A stretch of 64,000 bases of DNA from contig CAWJQU010000016.1 of assembly GCA_963845145.1 (NCBI GenBank), positions 1 to 64,000 of the forward strand. Direction: 5' to 3'. The notes beneath the pieces were generated by a model. It was not told the DNA's origin. It saw only the letters and a program-made list of their open reading frames with translations, and searched no databases. This document shows, one piece after another, positions 35,874-46,563 of the stretch. A program made the translations under genes and the position numbers. Origin of the DNA: an uncultured delta proteobacterium (GTDB lineage Bacteria > Desulfobacterota > Desulfobacteria > Desulfobacterales > QNYZ01). Numbering within the stretch: the first letter of the stretch is position 1; each line of letters opens with the position of its first letter.

Positions 35874-38639
35874 TCAGGAAAATGAATAGTCAAAACTGCC
35901 ATCCTTTACTCCGATGTGAATCCTGCTCAGTTCTTTTCCCTCCATCATTCGTGAGAGGATATCACTGCTGATTGCAGGCAGCAAGGTGTTGGTTAAAATA
36001 GCATCCACCACCCGTGCGCCACTTTCTAACTCCGTACAGCGATTATTGATTAACTCGACGACATCGTCGTCATAGGTAAATGGGATGCGGTGGTTTTCAA
36101 GAATCCGTTCTTCAATACGACCCAATTGCAGGCGCACGATTTTACGCAGGACCTCGTCGCCAAGGGGATAATACGGTACCACCACCAGGCGTCCCAAAAA
36201 GGCCGCGGGAAAGGCCTTAAGCAGGGGCTCCCTCAGTGCTTTGCCAATACCTTCGGGACCCGGCATGAGTTCGGGATCTTTACACATGTTCATGATCAGA
36301 TCGCTCCCCACATTACTGGTAAGGAGAATAATCGTATTCTTAAAATCGATCATTCGGCCTTCACCATCTTCCATCTTCCCTTTGTCAAAGACCTGGAAGA
36401 AAATTTCGTGCACATCTTTGTGGGCCTTCTCTACCTCATCCAGCAAAACAATACTATACGGCCGTCTGCGGACCGCCTCAGTGAGCACCCCCCCTTCACC
36501 GTATCCGACATAGCCGGGAGGCGCCCCCTTGAGGGTTGAGACCGTGTGGGCCTCCTGGAATTCGCTCATGTTAATGGTGATAACATTTTGTTCGCCACCG
36601 TAAAGGGCTTCCGCCAGGGCCAGGGCAGACTCCGTTTTACCGACACCACTCGGACCCACTAACATAAAGACACCGATTGGCCGTCCCGGGTTCTCCAATT
36701 TGGCCCGCGAGGTTCGCATGCGCATGGCAATTGCATCCAAGGCATGGCGTTGCCCGATGACCCGTTTCTCCAACGTATCGGCCAGGTTCATAACAGCTTC
36801 GATCTCGTTTTTAACCATCCGGCCAACCGGGACGCCTGTCCAGTCGGCGACGACGGAGGCTACGGCTTGGGCATCAACACTGGGCAAAATCAATGGTGTT
36901 TCGCCCTGGATCTCACCAAGCTTGGCCATAAAACCCTTGAGCTTTGTCACCATGGCCTCGCGGTCTTCTTCGGATAAGGTGACTTTGTCTCCGGCTTCTT
37001 GCTCCGATTCGTTGTCATCCGAGGCCGCCTGAATCTCTTTTTCTGCGGAATCATTGTCTTCCAATTTATCATCAATCGGTTCGCCTGTTGTGGCGCGAAG
37101 GCTACCTCGTAGCGTTAGGACCTGGTCGACGATTTCCTTTTCCTTTTGCCAGTCCGCTTCCAGCTGCTTTAATTCATCGGCCTCAGTTGACAACTGCGCT
37201 TCAATTTCGGCCCGACGTTCATGACGCGCCATGCCTATGGCTTCTTCTCTTTTTAGAATTTCTTTTTCTGTTTCGAGGGCGGAGATGCGTCGGCGGCAAG
37301 CTTCGACCGTTGCCGGGGTGGCATGTAGACTGACGGCCACACGCGCACATGCCGTGTCGAGCAGGCTAACCGCTTTATCAGGCAGGTGACGCGCGGGAAT
37401 ATAACGGTGGGAAAGTTGAACGGCCGCCACCAGGGCTTCGTCTAAAATTTGGACACGATGGTGTTTCTCACTGACTCCCGCCAGACCTCGCATCATGATG
37501 GTCGCCTTTTCTTCGGAAGGCTCATCGATTTTCACGACCTGGAACCGCCGCGTAAGGGCAGCGTCTTTTTCAAAATATTTTTTGTATTCTGCCCAGGTTG
37601 TTGCTGCAATCGTGCGCAGTGTTCCCCGTGCAAGGGCCGGTTTGAGCAGGTTGGCCGCATCCCCGGAGCCTGCCGCGCCTCCGGCACCGATCAAGGTATG
37701 GGCCTCGTCAATAAAGAGAATGATCGGTTTGGGTGACGCCTGGACCTCTTCGATGACCTGGCGAAGCCGGTTCTCGAATTCTCCCTTCATACTCGCGCCG
37801 GCCTGCAACAGGCCTAGATCAAGTGTGCGCAGGGTTACGTCTCGAAGGGGGGGCGGGATATCCCCTGAAACGATACGCTGGGCAAATCCTTCGACAACGG
37901 CGGTCTTACCGACGCCGGCCTCTCCCGTAAGAATCGGATTGTTCTGACGCCGGCGCATCAGAATATCAACAATCTGTCTGATCTCGTCATCGCGCCCCAG
38001 AATCGGGTCGAGGCCACCCTCTCGAGCGGTTTTTGTTAAATCCACAGAAAATTGGGCTAAGGCTTCCTGTTTTCCCAAGGCCGCCGGCGCCAGGGCGCTG
38101 CTGGCCTCGCCGGGAGCCACACCGCCTCCTACCTGGGACCCATCTTGGGCCGCCAATGTATCCTCAGGAGAGCTACCGACAATTGAGAGGAAATTATCCG
38201 AAAGGTCTTCGACCTTGATTTTCCTGAACTCTGACGAAATTCCGGGTAGTAAAGATCTCAGGCTGGGCGCTTTTAATAGCCCAATGATCATTTGGCCGGA
38301 ACGAACCTGTGATTGTCCAAAAAGCAATGTACAGAAAACCCACGCTCTTTCGACGGCTTCTTCCAAATGGGGCGAAAAGTCGGAGATTGAGGTTGCACCG
38401 CGTGGAAGATTGTCAAGCGACGAAGTCAAGTCCGACGCCAGGTGGGACATGTTCAGATCATAGTGTTTCACAATGTGATGCAGATCCGAATCCTGCAACT
38501 GGAGCACTTGATGTAACCAGTGCACCAGCTCTACGTAGGGATTACCTCGCATTTTGCAGAATACCGTGGCACTTTCTACCGATTTGTAGCAAAGACTGTT
38601 AAGTTTTCCGAACAATGCAGTGCGACTTATATCCGCCAT
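35874..38639 (-). CDS. tssH: T6SS AAA+ ATPase ClpV (TssH)
   Basis: LFGKLN..GNPYVELVHW N-domain; two Walker A motifs GEAGVGKT and GPSGVGKT. Confidence 0.97.
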   Translation of the reverse strand: MADISRTALFGKLNSLCYKSVESATVFCKMRGNPYVELVHWLHQVLQLQDSDLHHIVKHYDLNMSHLASDLTSSLDNLPRGATSISDFSPHLEEAVERAWVFCTLLFGQSQVRSGQMIIGLLKAPSLRSLLPGISSEFRKIKVEDLSDNFLSIVGSSPEDTLAAQDGSQVGGGVAPGEASSALAPAALGKQEALAQFSVDLTKTAREGGLDPILGRDDEIRQIVDILMRRRQNNPILTGEAGVGKTAVVEGFAQRIVSGDIPPPLRDVTLRTLDLGLLQAGASMKGEFENRLRQVIEEVQASPKPIILFIDEAHTLIGAGGAAGSGDAANLLKPALARGTLRTIAATTWAEYKKYFEKDAALTRRFQVVKIDEPSEEKATIMMRGLAGVSEKHHRVQILDEALVAAVQLSHRYIPARHLPDKAVSLLDTACARVAVSLHATPATVEACRRRISALETEKEILKREEAIGMARHERRAEIEAQLSTEADELKQLEADWQKEKEIVDQVLTLRGSLRATTGEPIDDKLEDNDSAEKEIQAASDDNESEQEAGDKVTLSEEDREAMVTKLKGFMAKLGEIQGETPLILPSVDAQAVASVVADWTGVPVGRMVKNEIEAVMNLADTLEKRVIGQRHALDAIAMRMRTSRAKLENPGRPIGVFMLVGPSGVGKTESALALAEALYGGEQNVITINMSEFQEAHTVSTLKGAPPGYVGYGEGGVLTEAVRRRPYSIVLLDEVEKAHKDVHEIFFQVFDKGKMEDGEGRMIDFKNTIILLTSNVGSDLIMNMCKDPELMPGPEGIGKALREPLLKAFPAAFLGRLVVVPYYPLGDEVLRKIVRLQLGRIEERILENHRIPFTYDDDVVELINNRCTELESGARVVDAILTNTLLPAISSDILSRMMEGKELSRIHIGVKDGSFDYSFS

Positions 38640-38677
38640 GGTGTTATCCTTTTTTCAGTTCAATGGATTATCATTTT

Positions 38678-39697
38678 CTACACTGCGTCAGCCACCAGAA
38701 TCAAGTCATCGGTGTCCTTTTCAAATGGTTGGCTTTGAAGCCACGTGGTCCAACCAAGACATCCCGTTTGACCGAGCCGCACCGCCGGTACCTCACCCGC
38801 CTTGAGGATCAGTTGCAGTTCCCAGCTCAGTTCGTCGCCCACATAATTTCGGACCCAAGCCTTCAGTCTTGTAAAGCTATCGCCCCCTGGTAGCATACGC
38901 TCATAGTTTTTTAATGTCATGGGGCCCATAATGATCCTGAATTTTTGCTGGCAGTCCCAAACCCGCGATCCAACAATGGCATTGACACCCATCGTCGCTG
39001 CATCTTCCGATCGACCCAATCGGCACCAGTACACTTCGGGTAATTTGATCCATTGGCCGATAAATTCTTTGATTGAGGCCTTAATGCCGAAGTACTTCTC
39101 TAAAATAGCACGCAGCCCTTCGGCATGGCGAGTCTGGCAGGCAAGATGCCCCGAAAAATGGAGTTTGGCGACATCGGGGACTTCATCACGATTACGCAAA
39201 GAATCTTCACCGATACCGAACAAACTTCCAATATACGCAGAAAACCGGTCTTGATCATGGCGATCGTAACTTACCGTTTGCCGATTGCAGGCCCAGGCCC
39301 GATAAAACAGGCTGATCATGCGGTGATTAAAAATGTCAAAAAATCGGGCCAGGGTATGGTCATCGTGATTCAATTCACGATTGTGAACATATTCGGTGAT
39401 ATGCAAGGGCATCGGACCGTGGGGGCCGAGAAGACCGAAGAAATTAACCATAAGACGTGGTTTTTTGGCCTGTTTGGGCTGTTCAAAACGCTGAAGTGTT
39501 GATGGCGCAAAGCCTAAGGACGGTTCCTGACAGAATTGAATGGGATCATCCGACGAACGGGTTGAATAACCCAGACGGGGGTTATTCTTAAACGCGCATT
39601 CCAGCCGTCGGGCAGCCTGGTAGAAGCTGGTCCCGGCAGGATTTTCAAGAAATCGTAGATCTAAAGAATGTGTCTGGTTCCCGATCTTGCCGGCCAT
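38678..39697 (-). CDS. tssG: T6SS baseplate TssG
   Basis: FFGLLGPHGPMPLHITE, FFDIFNHRMISLFYRAW, LGWTTWL. Confidence 0.95.
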   Translation of the reverse strand: MAGKIGNQTHSLDLRFLENPAGTSFYQAARRLECAFKNNPRLGYSTRSSDDPIQFCQEPSLGFAPSTLQRFEQPKQAKKPRLMVNFFGLLGPHGPMPLHITEYVHNRELNHDDHTLARFFDIFNHRMISLFYRAWACNRQTVSYDRHDQDRFSAYIGSLFGIGEDSLRNRDEVPDVAKLHFSGHLACQTRHAEGLRAILEKYFGIKASIKEFIGQWIKLPEVYWCRLGRSEDAATMGVNAIVGSRVWDCQQKFRIIMGPMTLKNYERMLPGGDSFTRLKAWVRNYVGDELSWELQLILKAGEVPAVRLGQTGCLGWTTWLQSQPFEKDTDDLILVADAV

Positions 39698-41535
39698 CGC
39701 ATTATTTCTCCGCGTTCTTTTGATTTGATCACGGTTTCTGTAAAAGCGTTAATGGATACATATTTGGACAGAAAAACTTCCATGACGGCGCCCAGAAGAA
39801 AGGCACCACTCCCTTCAAAGGCCATTTCGTCAAATGTCAGAGAGATTTCAAGACCACGGACAAAAGCGACGTGGCTGCCATCGTAAATACGGCGTCTGAC
39901 TGGGCGGCTTTCGGCCGATAGTACGCCTTCAATTTGTCTTTTGGTCTGGAGATCATTGGCATCGCTATACAACTTAAGCAGGTCACGAATAGCGGTCGCG
40001 CCCTTTCCATTGGGGCTATCCATCAAAGAGAGGTAGTTAAGGCATAAGTGATTTATAATGCGCCAGTTGGTTTCCCCCTCGGCATGGGAAGGGCGGGGGG
40101 GGGTTGGCCCGGACACACAACGGATCGAAACGACTGGCGCACTGATATCCAAATTAAAATCCGTATCGCCTCTTCCGATGCCCATCTGGATCGGAAGATC
40201 ACGGTTGGTACATAGTGTTTCCACGGCAAGCTGGCGTAAATCAGACCGGTAGGGGGCTGCTTTACCATCGACCAGCGATATAAATACTTCACTGCCCCCA
40301 TAGCTGGAACGACGGCCTTGCTGTTTCTCCCGGTTCGACATTAGCCGCGAAATACGGTTGACTGTAAAGTAGGCCCCGAGACCATTTGTTTCCCCGAAAT
40401 CTGTTGCCGCATAGAAAGGGCTGAAAGGCTGTTCATCATCGGCCCGAACGCCAAAACCGGTTACCCTATTGACCTGGTAGACCTCATAGTCCGTTGGGCG
40501 CGTCCGGTTTGGAACAATATGAAATTCAGCAACTTTGTCGGACAGATGGATGCGATCGGCGCGTTTTGGAAACAGGTTGACTATCGGCGTGCAATGCAAG
40601 GCAAAATTGGCTGCATCTAATCGTCCATCAAGCTCGGGATTCTCGTTGTTAAGAAGAATAAAAATATCCAAAGTGTTGCTGTCACAGCGTTTAACGCTGT
40701 TGATAAGTCCGCTGAGACGAAAAAAAAGGAAACGTTGGGGAAAAGCAAAATATTCATGAAGCAATCGGTAGCCTGAAAAGGATCGGGCTCCTACGGGTAG
40801 AAGGGCCTCTTCATCACTAAACCCGACCGGTTCAATTTTCGAAGGCGGTAAGACGTTTTGCCAATGAAAAGGTTTCTCCGTTGGTTGGACAACGACGTTT
40901 TTACTTTGGGCGAAGATTTGCTCATAAATATGCATCGGAAAAGCTTCTGTGCCACGGATGAAAAAGGTAAGGGCGTCCAAATTTAGATTGGAAAATACTA
41001 AATCTGCACGTGTTTCCAGGCGAATTTGAATACATGCCCTGGCCGATGCCGCTGAAGCGGGGAGATTCAGGCTGCTGAGATCACGTGCACGATACTCTGC
41101 GTGAACAATCTTTAGCGGCCAGAGGGTAACTGAATGGCCTGGATGATATTCACAGGCAGTGCGGTCTCCCTTGCCGATGATTGAGCGCAATACGGTGTCT
41201 CGTTGAATTTTATATCCGTTTTCGAAACCGCTCTGTGCCATGTCCGGCGTGAATTCTACGACTGCCATAGAGGGTGTCGGCGATAGGTAGTGAGGGTAAA
41301 CGGTCTCCAGTATGGACTGTGTAAACTGGGGAAACTCCGCATCCAGTTTTAGCTGAACGCGTGCCGCAAGAAAGGCGAATCCCTCCAGCAGCCGTTCGAC
41401 ATACGGATCACCGCAGGCAAAATCGTCTAATGAGAGACGGCTTGCAATCTTTGGAAACTCTTTTGCAAACTCGCCGGCGGTGCCCCGCAAGTGTTGCAAT
41501 TCATGATTGTAGTACCGTAAAAGGCGCCTATCCAT
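39661..41535 (-). CDS. tssF: T6SS baseplate TssF
   Basis: YYNHELQHLR, DPYVERLLEGFAFLAARV, GYRLLHEYFAFPQRF, YVSINAFT. Confidence 0.97.
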   Translation of the reverse strand: MDRRLLRYYNHELQHLRGTAGEFAKEFPKIASRLSLDDFACGDPYVERLLEGFAFLAARVQLKLDAEFPQFTQSILETVYPHYLSPTPSMAVVEFTPDMAQSGFENGYKIQRDTVLRSIIGKGDRTACEYHPGHSVTLWPLKIVHAEYRARDLSSLNLPASAASARACIQIRLETRADLVFSNLNLDALTFFIRGTEAFPMHIYEQIFAQSKNVVVQPTEKPFHWQNVLPPSKIEPVGFSDEEALLPVGARSFSGYRLLHEYFAFPQRFLFFRLSGLINSVKRCDSNTLDIFILLNNENPELDGRLDAANFALHCTPIVNLFPKRADRIHLSDKVAEFHIVPNRTRPTDYEVYQVNRVTGFGVRADDEQPFSPFYAATDFGETNGLGAYFTVNRISRLMSNREKQQGRRSSYGGSEVFISLVDGKAAPYRSDLRQLAVETLCTNRDLPIQMGIGRGDTDFNLDISAPVVSIRCVSGPTPPRPSHAEGETNWRIINHLCLNYLSLMDSPNGKGATAIRDLLKLYSDANDLQTKRQIEGVLSAESRPVRRRIYDGSHVAFVRGLEISLTFDEMAFEGSGAFLLGAVMEVFLSKYVSINAFTETVIKSKERGEIMRWPARSGTRHIL

Positions 41536-42034
41536 TGCTTCCCCGGTTTAGCTGACACCTGCCTGTTTCTAAATCCATTTCAGTTTTAATAAAAAGTGAC
41601 TCAGGGATGGGTTCACTCCAGAGATCCCCTTGAATTTCAAAACGGATTGAACGGTTATTCATTGCTTCCCGATCCTCAGTAATTTTAATCGATATCGTAT
41701 TGGGGATTATTCGTGGTTCGAAATAACGAAGGGCCTCTATCATTTGATAACGCAAACCATCCGTGTTTCGACTGGAGGCCGTCATTCCCGCCATATTCAC
41801 GACACCAAAATTTACGACCGATGACGGTACTTCCTCGAATTCGTCCAGACCGTCTTGATCGATATGGGCGCAAGTATTCAGTAGCCATGCCAGATCGCGA
41901 AGAACCGCCTGGCGGTAGCGCCGCATGCTCATCACGCGTTGATTCCGGCCCTCCTTCTTATTGTGGGGGTCGTCATCCGTCAGTCGATCTAAAAGACACG
42001 GCTGGAGCTTCTCTGATGGCATCAATTCAGCCAT
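41528..42034 (-). CDS. tssE: T6SS baseplate TssE (gp25-like)
   Basis: LQPCLLDRLTDDDP, VLRDLAWLLNT, FEPRI. Confidence 0.95.
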   Translation of the reverse strand: MAELMPSEKLQPCLLDRLTDDDPHNKKEGRNQRVMSMRRYRQAVLRDLAWLLNTCAHIDQDGLDEFEEVPSSVVNFGVVNMAGMTASSRNTDGLRYQMIEALRYFEPRIIPNTISIKITEDREAMNNRSIRFEIQGDLWSEPIPESLFIKTEMDLETGRCQLNRGSNG

Positions 42035-42854
42035 TCAGATCTGCTCCATGGGAAGTCTGATCGGAAGGATGGTCGAGGTGTACTTCTCGAATCTCCATCA
42101 GCGGGTATTCTCCCTGATCCGTGGCCAGCATGCGTTGACCGGTTCCAAGAAAAAAATCATTTCCGGCATCTGTCCAATTTGTTTTTCGACCCATACGAAA
42201 AGAGCTATCCGTGTTTTCTTCCGAACCGGAGTACCGGCTCGGGATCAGGCCAACCGCTTCGCCATGGTTGGCCCAGGTGAAGTTTGCCGTTGCCCATACG
42301 GCATCTCGAAGGTTGGTTGGTTTGTCAATTTGAATCTTTCGAATCCGCTCAAAGGGAATCCAATAATATTTACCATTGACGATTGCCTCAAGGGTCGGCC
42401 CAAGCCTTGAGTCTGCATCGGCAATCCATGTAAACGCCTGCCCGTCAATTTGTCCCGCTATTTCCGGCGCAGCCTCAAATGCCTGATCGCGTAAGTTGGC
42501 GGCCGCATCAAGGTTGCCGGCAGTTAAAAGACCGGGAATCTGGGTAAGCCAAACCATCCAATCCAGGGGTTCACCTAAAATCAACGGCGTCCGTTGGCCT
42601 TTAAAAATATCGGTACGTAAAGCTTCACAATTTAGGGCGGGACGATATACCTGCGCCATCAACAGGGCGTCGGAATCCATGTCTGCGGCTACATTTAGCT
42701 GTGTAAGCGCACGATCCCACTGACCGAGGACACTGAGCAACTGAAAAAGAAATATTCGAAGTTCTACTTTGGCCGGATTGTTGCGGATATCTTCCTGAAG
42801 GGCGTTCAGTGCTTGTTCAAGGTCGCCGGTTTGGAGGTATGTTTCGGCACGCAT
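42027..42854 (-). CDS. tagJ: T6SS accessory TagJ (ImpE/SciE family)
   Basis: RIFLFQLL.VLGQWDRALTQL, FTWIADADSRLGP, GKYYWIPF, GLIPSRY; start ATG 42854. Confidence 0.92.
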   Translation of the reverse strand: MRAETYLQTGDLEQALNALQEDIRNNPAKVELRIFLFQLLSVLGQWDRALTQLNVAADMDSDALLMAQVYRPALNCEALRTDIFKGQRTPLILGEPLDWMVWLTQIPGLLTAGNLDAAANLRDQAFEAAPEIAGQIDGQAFTWIADADSRLGPTLEAIVNGKYYWIPFERIRKIQIDKPTNLRDAVWATANFTWANHGEAVGLIPSRYSGSEENTDSSFRMGRKTNWTDAGNDFFLGTGQRMLATDQGEYPLMEIREVHLDHPSDQTSHGADLNG

Positions 42855-42916
42855 AGGCTCCCCGCTTTCTATTGTAGAGGTGAGGATCAATTCCTACTTT
42901 TCATCTTTTGAGGTAT

Positions 42917-42971
42917 GCCAGATCGTATTTATAATCCTTCGCATCCGTACGGATGTCTCTTACGATCTGGC
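42917..42971 (-). terminator. Long stem-loop after tssC
   Basis: GCCAGATCGTA / TACGATCTGGC arms enclosing the palindrome CATCCGTACGGATG. Confidence 0.4.
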
Positions 42972-43038
42972 CTGCCCCAGTCCTGGCCAACACCAGAGAA
43001 GCCGGTATTTTTCTGCGGGCGCAAACAGATTGAAGGGG

Positions 43039-44538
43039 TTACGCTCCGCCTTTGGCCGATGGTAGCTTAGAGACCAACCGCAGCGATACCGTTAAGCCCT
43101 CGAGTTGATAGTGTGGGCGCAGAAAAAACTTGGCGCTATAGTATCCTGGATTGCCCTCGATATCTTCCACCACAACCTCTGCCGCCGCTAAGGGATATCT
43201 GGCCTTGACATCATCTGAAGCCGTCGGATCAGTGGTGACATAATTTGTGATCCAGTTATTTAGCCAGGTCTCTACACCGGCGCGTTCTTTAAAGGAACCC
43301 ACTTTGTCACGGACGATACACTTTAAATAGTGGGCAAAGCGGCAAGTCGCAAAGAGGTAGGGGAGCCGTGCCCCTAGATTTGCATTGGCGGTGGCATCGG
43401 GATCATCAAATTCGGCAGGGTTGTGTAGTGACTGGGCTCCCACGAAAACCGCGTAATCCGTATTTTTCCAGTGTGAAAGCGGAATGAGGCCGTTTTTGGC
43501 CAGCTCGGCTTCCCGGCGATCCGTGACGGCAATTTCTGTTGGACATTTCATATCAACGCCGCCATCATCCGTCGGAAACGTATGGGTGGGCAAGCCTTCC
43601 ACCATACCACCACTCTCGGCACCCCGAATCTGCGAACACCAGCCGTACATTTTAAATGCCCGGTTGATATTAACGGCCATGGCATAGGCTGCGTTAGACC
43701 AGCAGTATTTTGAATGATCCGCACCCTCGGTGTCCTCTTCAAAGTCAAACTCTTCCACTGGTTCTGTTTTGGCGCCGTAGGGAAGGCGGGACAGGAATCT
43801 GGGCATCGTCAGTCCGAGATACTTGGAATCTTCCGAGTCCCTTAAAGATCGCCAGGGCGCATATTCGGCGGTTTGAAATATCTTGGTTAAATCGCGGGGA
43901 TTTCCTAGTTCCTGCCACGTTTCCATATTCATTAGCCCCGGATCGGCGGCGGAAATAAAAGGTGCGTGGGCGGCCGCGGCAATCTCCGCCATTCCTTTTA
44001 ACATTTCAACATTTTGGGGTGTATGATCAAAGGCATAATCGCCGATGAGGCAACCGTAGGGTTCACCGCCGGGGGTGCCATATTCGTCTTCGTACATTTT
44101 TCTAAACAATGGGCTTTGATCCCAGGCCGTGCCTTTAAACTTTTTAATCGTTTTGCCAAGGTCTTTTTTGGTCAAGTTTAACACCCTGATCTTGAGATTC
44201 TCGTCCGTCTCGGTGTTATTCACAAGGTGAGATAATCCACGCCATGTTCCCTCCAGTTGTTGAAAGTCTTCATGGTGCATGATTAAATTGATCTGCTCAG
44301 TCAGTTTTTTATCGATTTGGGCCACAATTGATTCGATCGTCTTGACCGCATCATCTGAAATCAAGGTTGTCTTTTCCAAGGCTTCCGCCGCCAATGTCTG
44401 GACAGCGTTTTGTACTGCCTCGCGGGCTCTATCGGTCTTGGGCTTAAATTCTTTCTTGAGGAGCCACTCAAACTCATTCATCTCCATGGGTTGGGCTTCT
44501 GCCGCTTCCGGGGCAGTGTCTTTTTTTGTATCTGCCAT
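43039..44538 (-). CDS. tssC: T6SS sheath large subunit TssC
   Basis: FQQLEGTWRGL, EYGTPGGEPYG, PRFLSRLPYG, FLRPHYQLEGL. Confidence 0.97.
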   Translation of the reverse strand: MADTKKDTAPEAAEAQPMEMNEFEWLLKKEFKPKTDRAREAVQNAVQTLAAEALEKTTLISDDAVKTIESIVAQIDKKLTEQINLIMHHEDFQQLEGTWRGLSHLVNNTETDENLKIRVLNLTKKDLGKTIKKFKGTAWDQSPLFRKMYEDEYGTPGGEPYGCLIGDYAFDHTPQNVEMLKGMAEIAAAAHAPFISAADPGLMNMETWQELGNPRDLTKIFQTAEYAPWRSLRDSEDSKYLGLTMPRFLSRLPYGAKTEPVEEFDFEEDTEGADHSKYCWSNAAYAMAVNINRAFKMYGWCSQIRGAESGGMVEGLPTHTFPTDDGGVDMKCPTEIAVTDRREAELAKNGLIPLSHWKNTDYAVFVGAQSLHNPAEFDDPDATANANLGARLPYLFATCRFAHYLKCIVRDKVGSFKERAGVETWLNNWITNYVTTDPTASDDVKARYPLAAAEVVVEDIEGNPGYYSAKFFLRPHYQLEGLTVSLRLVSKLPSAKGGA

Positions 44539-44540
44539 GA

Positions 44541-45074
44541 TCAACCTTCCTCTTTAGTCTCTTCTGATTTATCATTTGGATTGGGGGTCGATGACAATGA
44601 CTGCATGAGAGCCGGATCATTCAAGAGCTTGGCAACGAGATCCTCGGCGCCTCCCTTGCCGTCCATGTAAGTTAATAAATTTGACAATTGGGTGCGGGCG
44701 GTCATCAGTTTGTCCAGCGCCTCGACCTTTTTAGCCACTGCCGCCGGCGAAAAGTCATCCATGCTCTCAAAAGTCAAGTCCACACTGATATTACCCTCTC
44801 CGGTTAAACTGTTGGGCACCTGAAAGGCGACACGCGGTTTTGATGACTTCATGCGGTCGTCGAAATTATCCACATCGATTTCCAGGAATTTACGTTCTGT
44901 CACCGCAGGAAGCGCCTCTTCCGGCTTCCCCGATAGATCTGCCATAACGCCCATTACAAAGGGTAGATTGATCTTCTGCTCCGCCCCGTAAGTCTCCAGA
45001 TCATACTCTATCTGGACTCGCGGCGCTCTATTTCGTGCGATAAACTTCTGACTGCTTGCCTTCCGTTTAGCCAT
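44541..45074 (-). CDS. tssB: T6SS sheath small subunit TssB
   Basis: SSQKFIARNRAPRVQIEYD, LPFVMGVMADLSG, FESMDDFSP. Confidence 0.97.
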   Translation of the reverse strand: MAKRKASSQKFIARNRAPRVQIEYDLETYGAEQKINLPFVMGVMADLSGKPEEALPAVTERKFLEIDVDNFDDRMKSSKPRVAFQVPNSLTGEGNISVDLTFESMDDFSPAAVAKKVEALDKLMTARTQLSNLLTYMDGKGGAEDLVAKLLNDPALMQSLSSTPNPNDKSEETKEEG

Positions 45075-45167
45075 AACTTTTCCTCCCCTATTTTTGAAGA
45101 TAAGACCTCAGCGTACCAAGGCTTTGCAAACAGTTGCGCTTTCTTTATTCGATGCAAGTAAAATGTC

Positions 45168-45908
45168 TCACTCTTCAGATGTTTCCTCCTGCTGACCGCT
45201 AACCATGATCACCTGAGACATCGCGTCAGGTGATATATCGCGAATGATGTCTACGAAGCTGCTACCAACCAGACGTTTGGCCCGTTTAATCAGCAAAGGC
45301 ACCGGGCTGGATGGTTCGTTTTGCTCGTAATAAGTCACAATCATATCCAGTGCTTTGATTACTTCCTGCTTCGAAGTGATCTGTCCGGACAACATCTGAT
45401 CGGGTGCTCCACCAGTGGACATCACAGAATCCTCCGTGTCCGTCTGTGGCTTTTTTGAATTGGATCGCTTACGATCCAAATAGGTTCCCATTTTTGACTG
45501 GATCTGTTTCAATACCGATACATCAGGTCCATACCCTCTTCGCTCCAGATACATGCCCGTTTTCGATTGAAGCTGTTTTAACAGATTCTCCAGCCGGGTA
45601 AAATTGGGTGCCACTGCCGTTCCAACATGTTCAATGAGCAGGGTATCCAGGGCATTAATATGCTCAAGACACTCATGTAAGACCTGATCGGTAGTTTGCA
45701 GCGATTTGATTTCCGTCTGTTCAAAGGCAGCATCGATGATTTGCGTTGTCGGCACGCTACTGCCTTCCATATCTGGTGCCGATAGTTCGCCCGATGCGAT
45801 AAGGATGTGACGCAGGCTCGGGTGTGGTAGACGACTATCCTCTGGTGCGCAAAGGGGGACGTCCATCAGCCGGGATCTGAACTTCATGGGATCTTGGTCA
45901 CTCATCAC
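45168..45908 (-). CDS. tssA: TssA C-terminal part (frameshifted from 45905..46318)
   Basis: YYEQNEPSSPVPLLIKRAKRLV..F.DII C-terminal motif. Confidence 0.85.
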   Translation of the reverse strand: MMSDQDPMKFRSRLMDVPLCAPEDSRLPHPSLRHILIASGELSAPDMEGSSVPTTQIIDAAFEQTEIKSLQTTDQVLHECLEHINALDTLLIEHVGTAVAPNFTRLENLLKQLQSKTGMYLERRGYGPDVSVLKQIQSKMGTYLDRKRSNSKKPQTDTEDSVMSTGGAPDQMLSGQITSKQEVIKALDMIVTYYEQNEPSSPVPLLIKRAKRLVGSSFVDIIRDISPDAMSQVIMVSGQQEETSEE

Positions 45909-46318
45909 CGTATTGGGGGGGAAAGGGCGCTGATGATATTCATCCGTTCGAGAGGGTCATTGTTGTCGTCGGGGTCTAATTGCGGGTATACATGGTCCCA
46001 GTATTGCTCAATGACACCTCGCAGTAAGGCAAGGCCCGCGCAAAAGCCCAACAATCCATTCTTACAAAGCGCCGAGAGCGTCAGAAAGAGGATCAGCCTC
46101 AAATCCTTGCTACGTTCAAGCAACTCAAGGCTGCGGCGATAGACTTTATCCCAGTCAGGTTCCTGGCTCTCCTGGATATGGTCGCCCACCTGTGTCTCGG
46201 CGGTACCTTGAACAAGCCCTTCAAGCTCTAGAAAAGGGACTTCGTAAGAAAGGTCCTCGCCACAGGGTGACTCAGGCGAAATCTCCGTTAGGAGTGCGTC
46301 CACATCAAAAGCGGTCAC
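45905..46318 (-). CDS. tssA: TssA N-terminal ImpA_N part (frameshift at C7 run 45915-45921)
   Basis: GTG start; LLTEISPESPCGEDLSY, EPDW, SKDLRL, WDHVYPQLD..D...R.N. Confidence 0.85.
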   Translation of the reverse strand: MTAFDVDALLTEISPESPCGEDLSYEVPFLELEGLVQGTAETQVGDHIQESQEPDWDKVYRRSLELLERSKDLRLILFLTLSALCKNGLLGFCAGLALLRGVIEQYWDHVYPQLDPDDNNDPLERMNIISALSPPIR

Positions 46319-46483
46319 AGCGCGCCCCCCATTTCCGGATTTTCACGGATTAAATCTTCCAGGTACATTTTTGAAATCTTTCCTTAGACGTTCGTGTAAA
46401 AATCAGTTCACCGTTTTAGGTGTTGAGGCGTTTAAAATGTGAAATTATTTTTGCGCGCGCCCTTTGCCTGAAAATAATAAAGT

Positions 46484-46512
46484 ATTGTACCACACAAGCG
46501 GCGCATTGTGAA
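46484..46512 (-). promoter_or_regulatory. Putative sigma70 promoter of the tssA-vgrG module
   Basis: Minus strand TTCACA-17 bp-TACAAT with extended TG. Confidence 0.5.
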
Positions 46513-46563
46513 TCGTTTTTTCCTGTCAATCAGCGACCTTATATTCCTATTGCTTTTGTTGAA

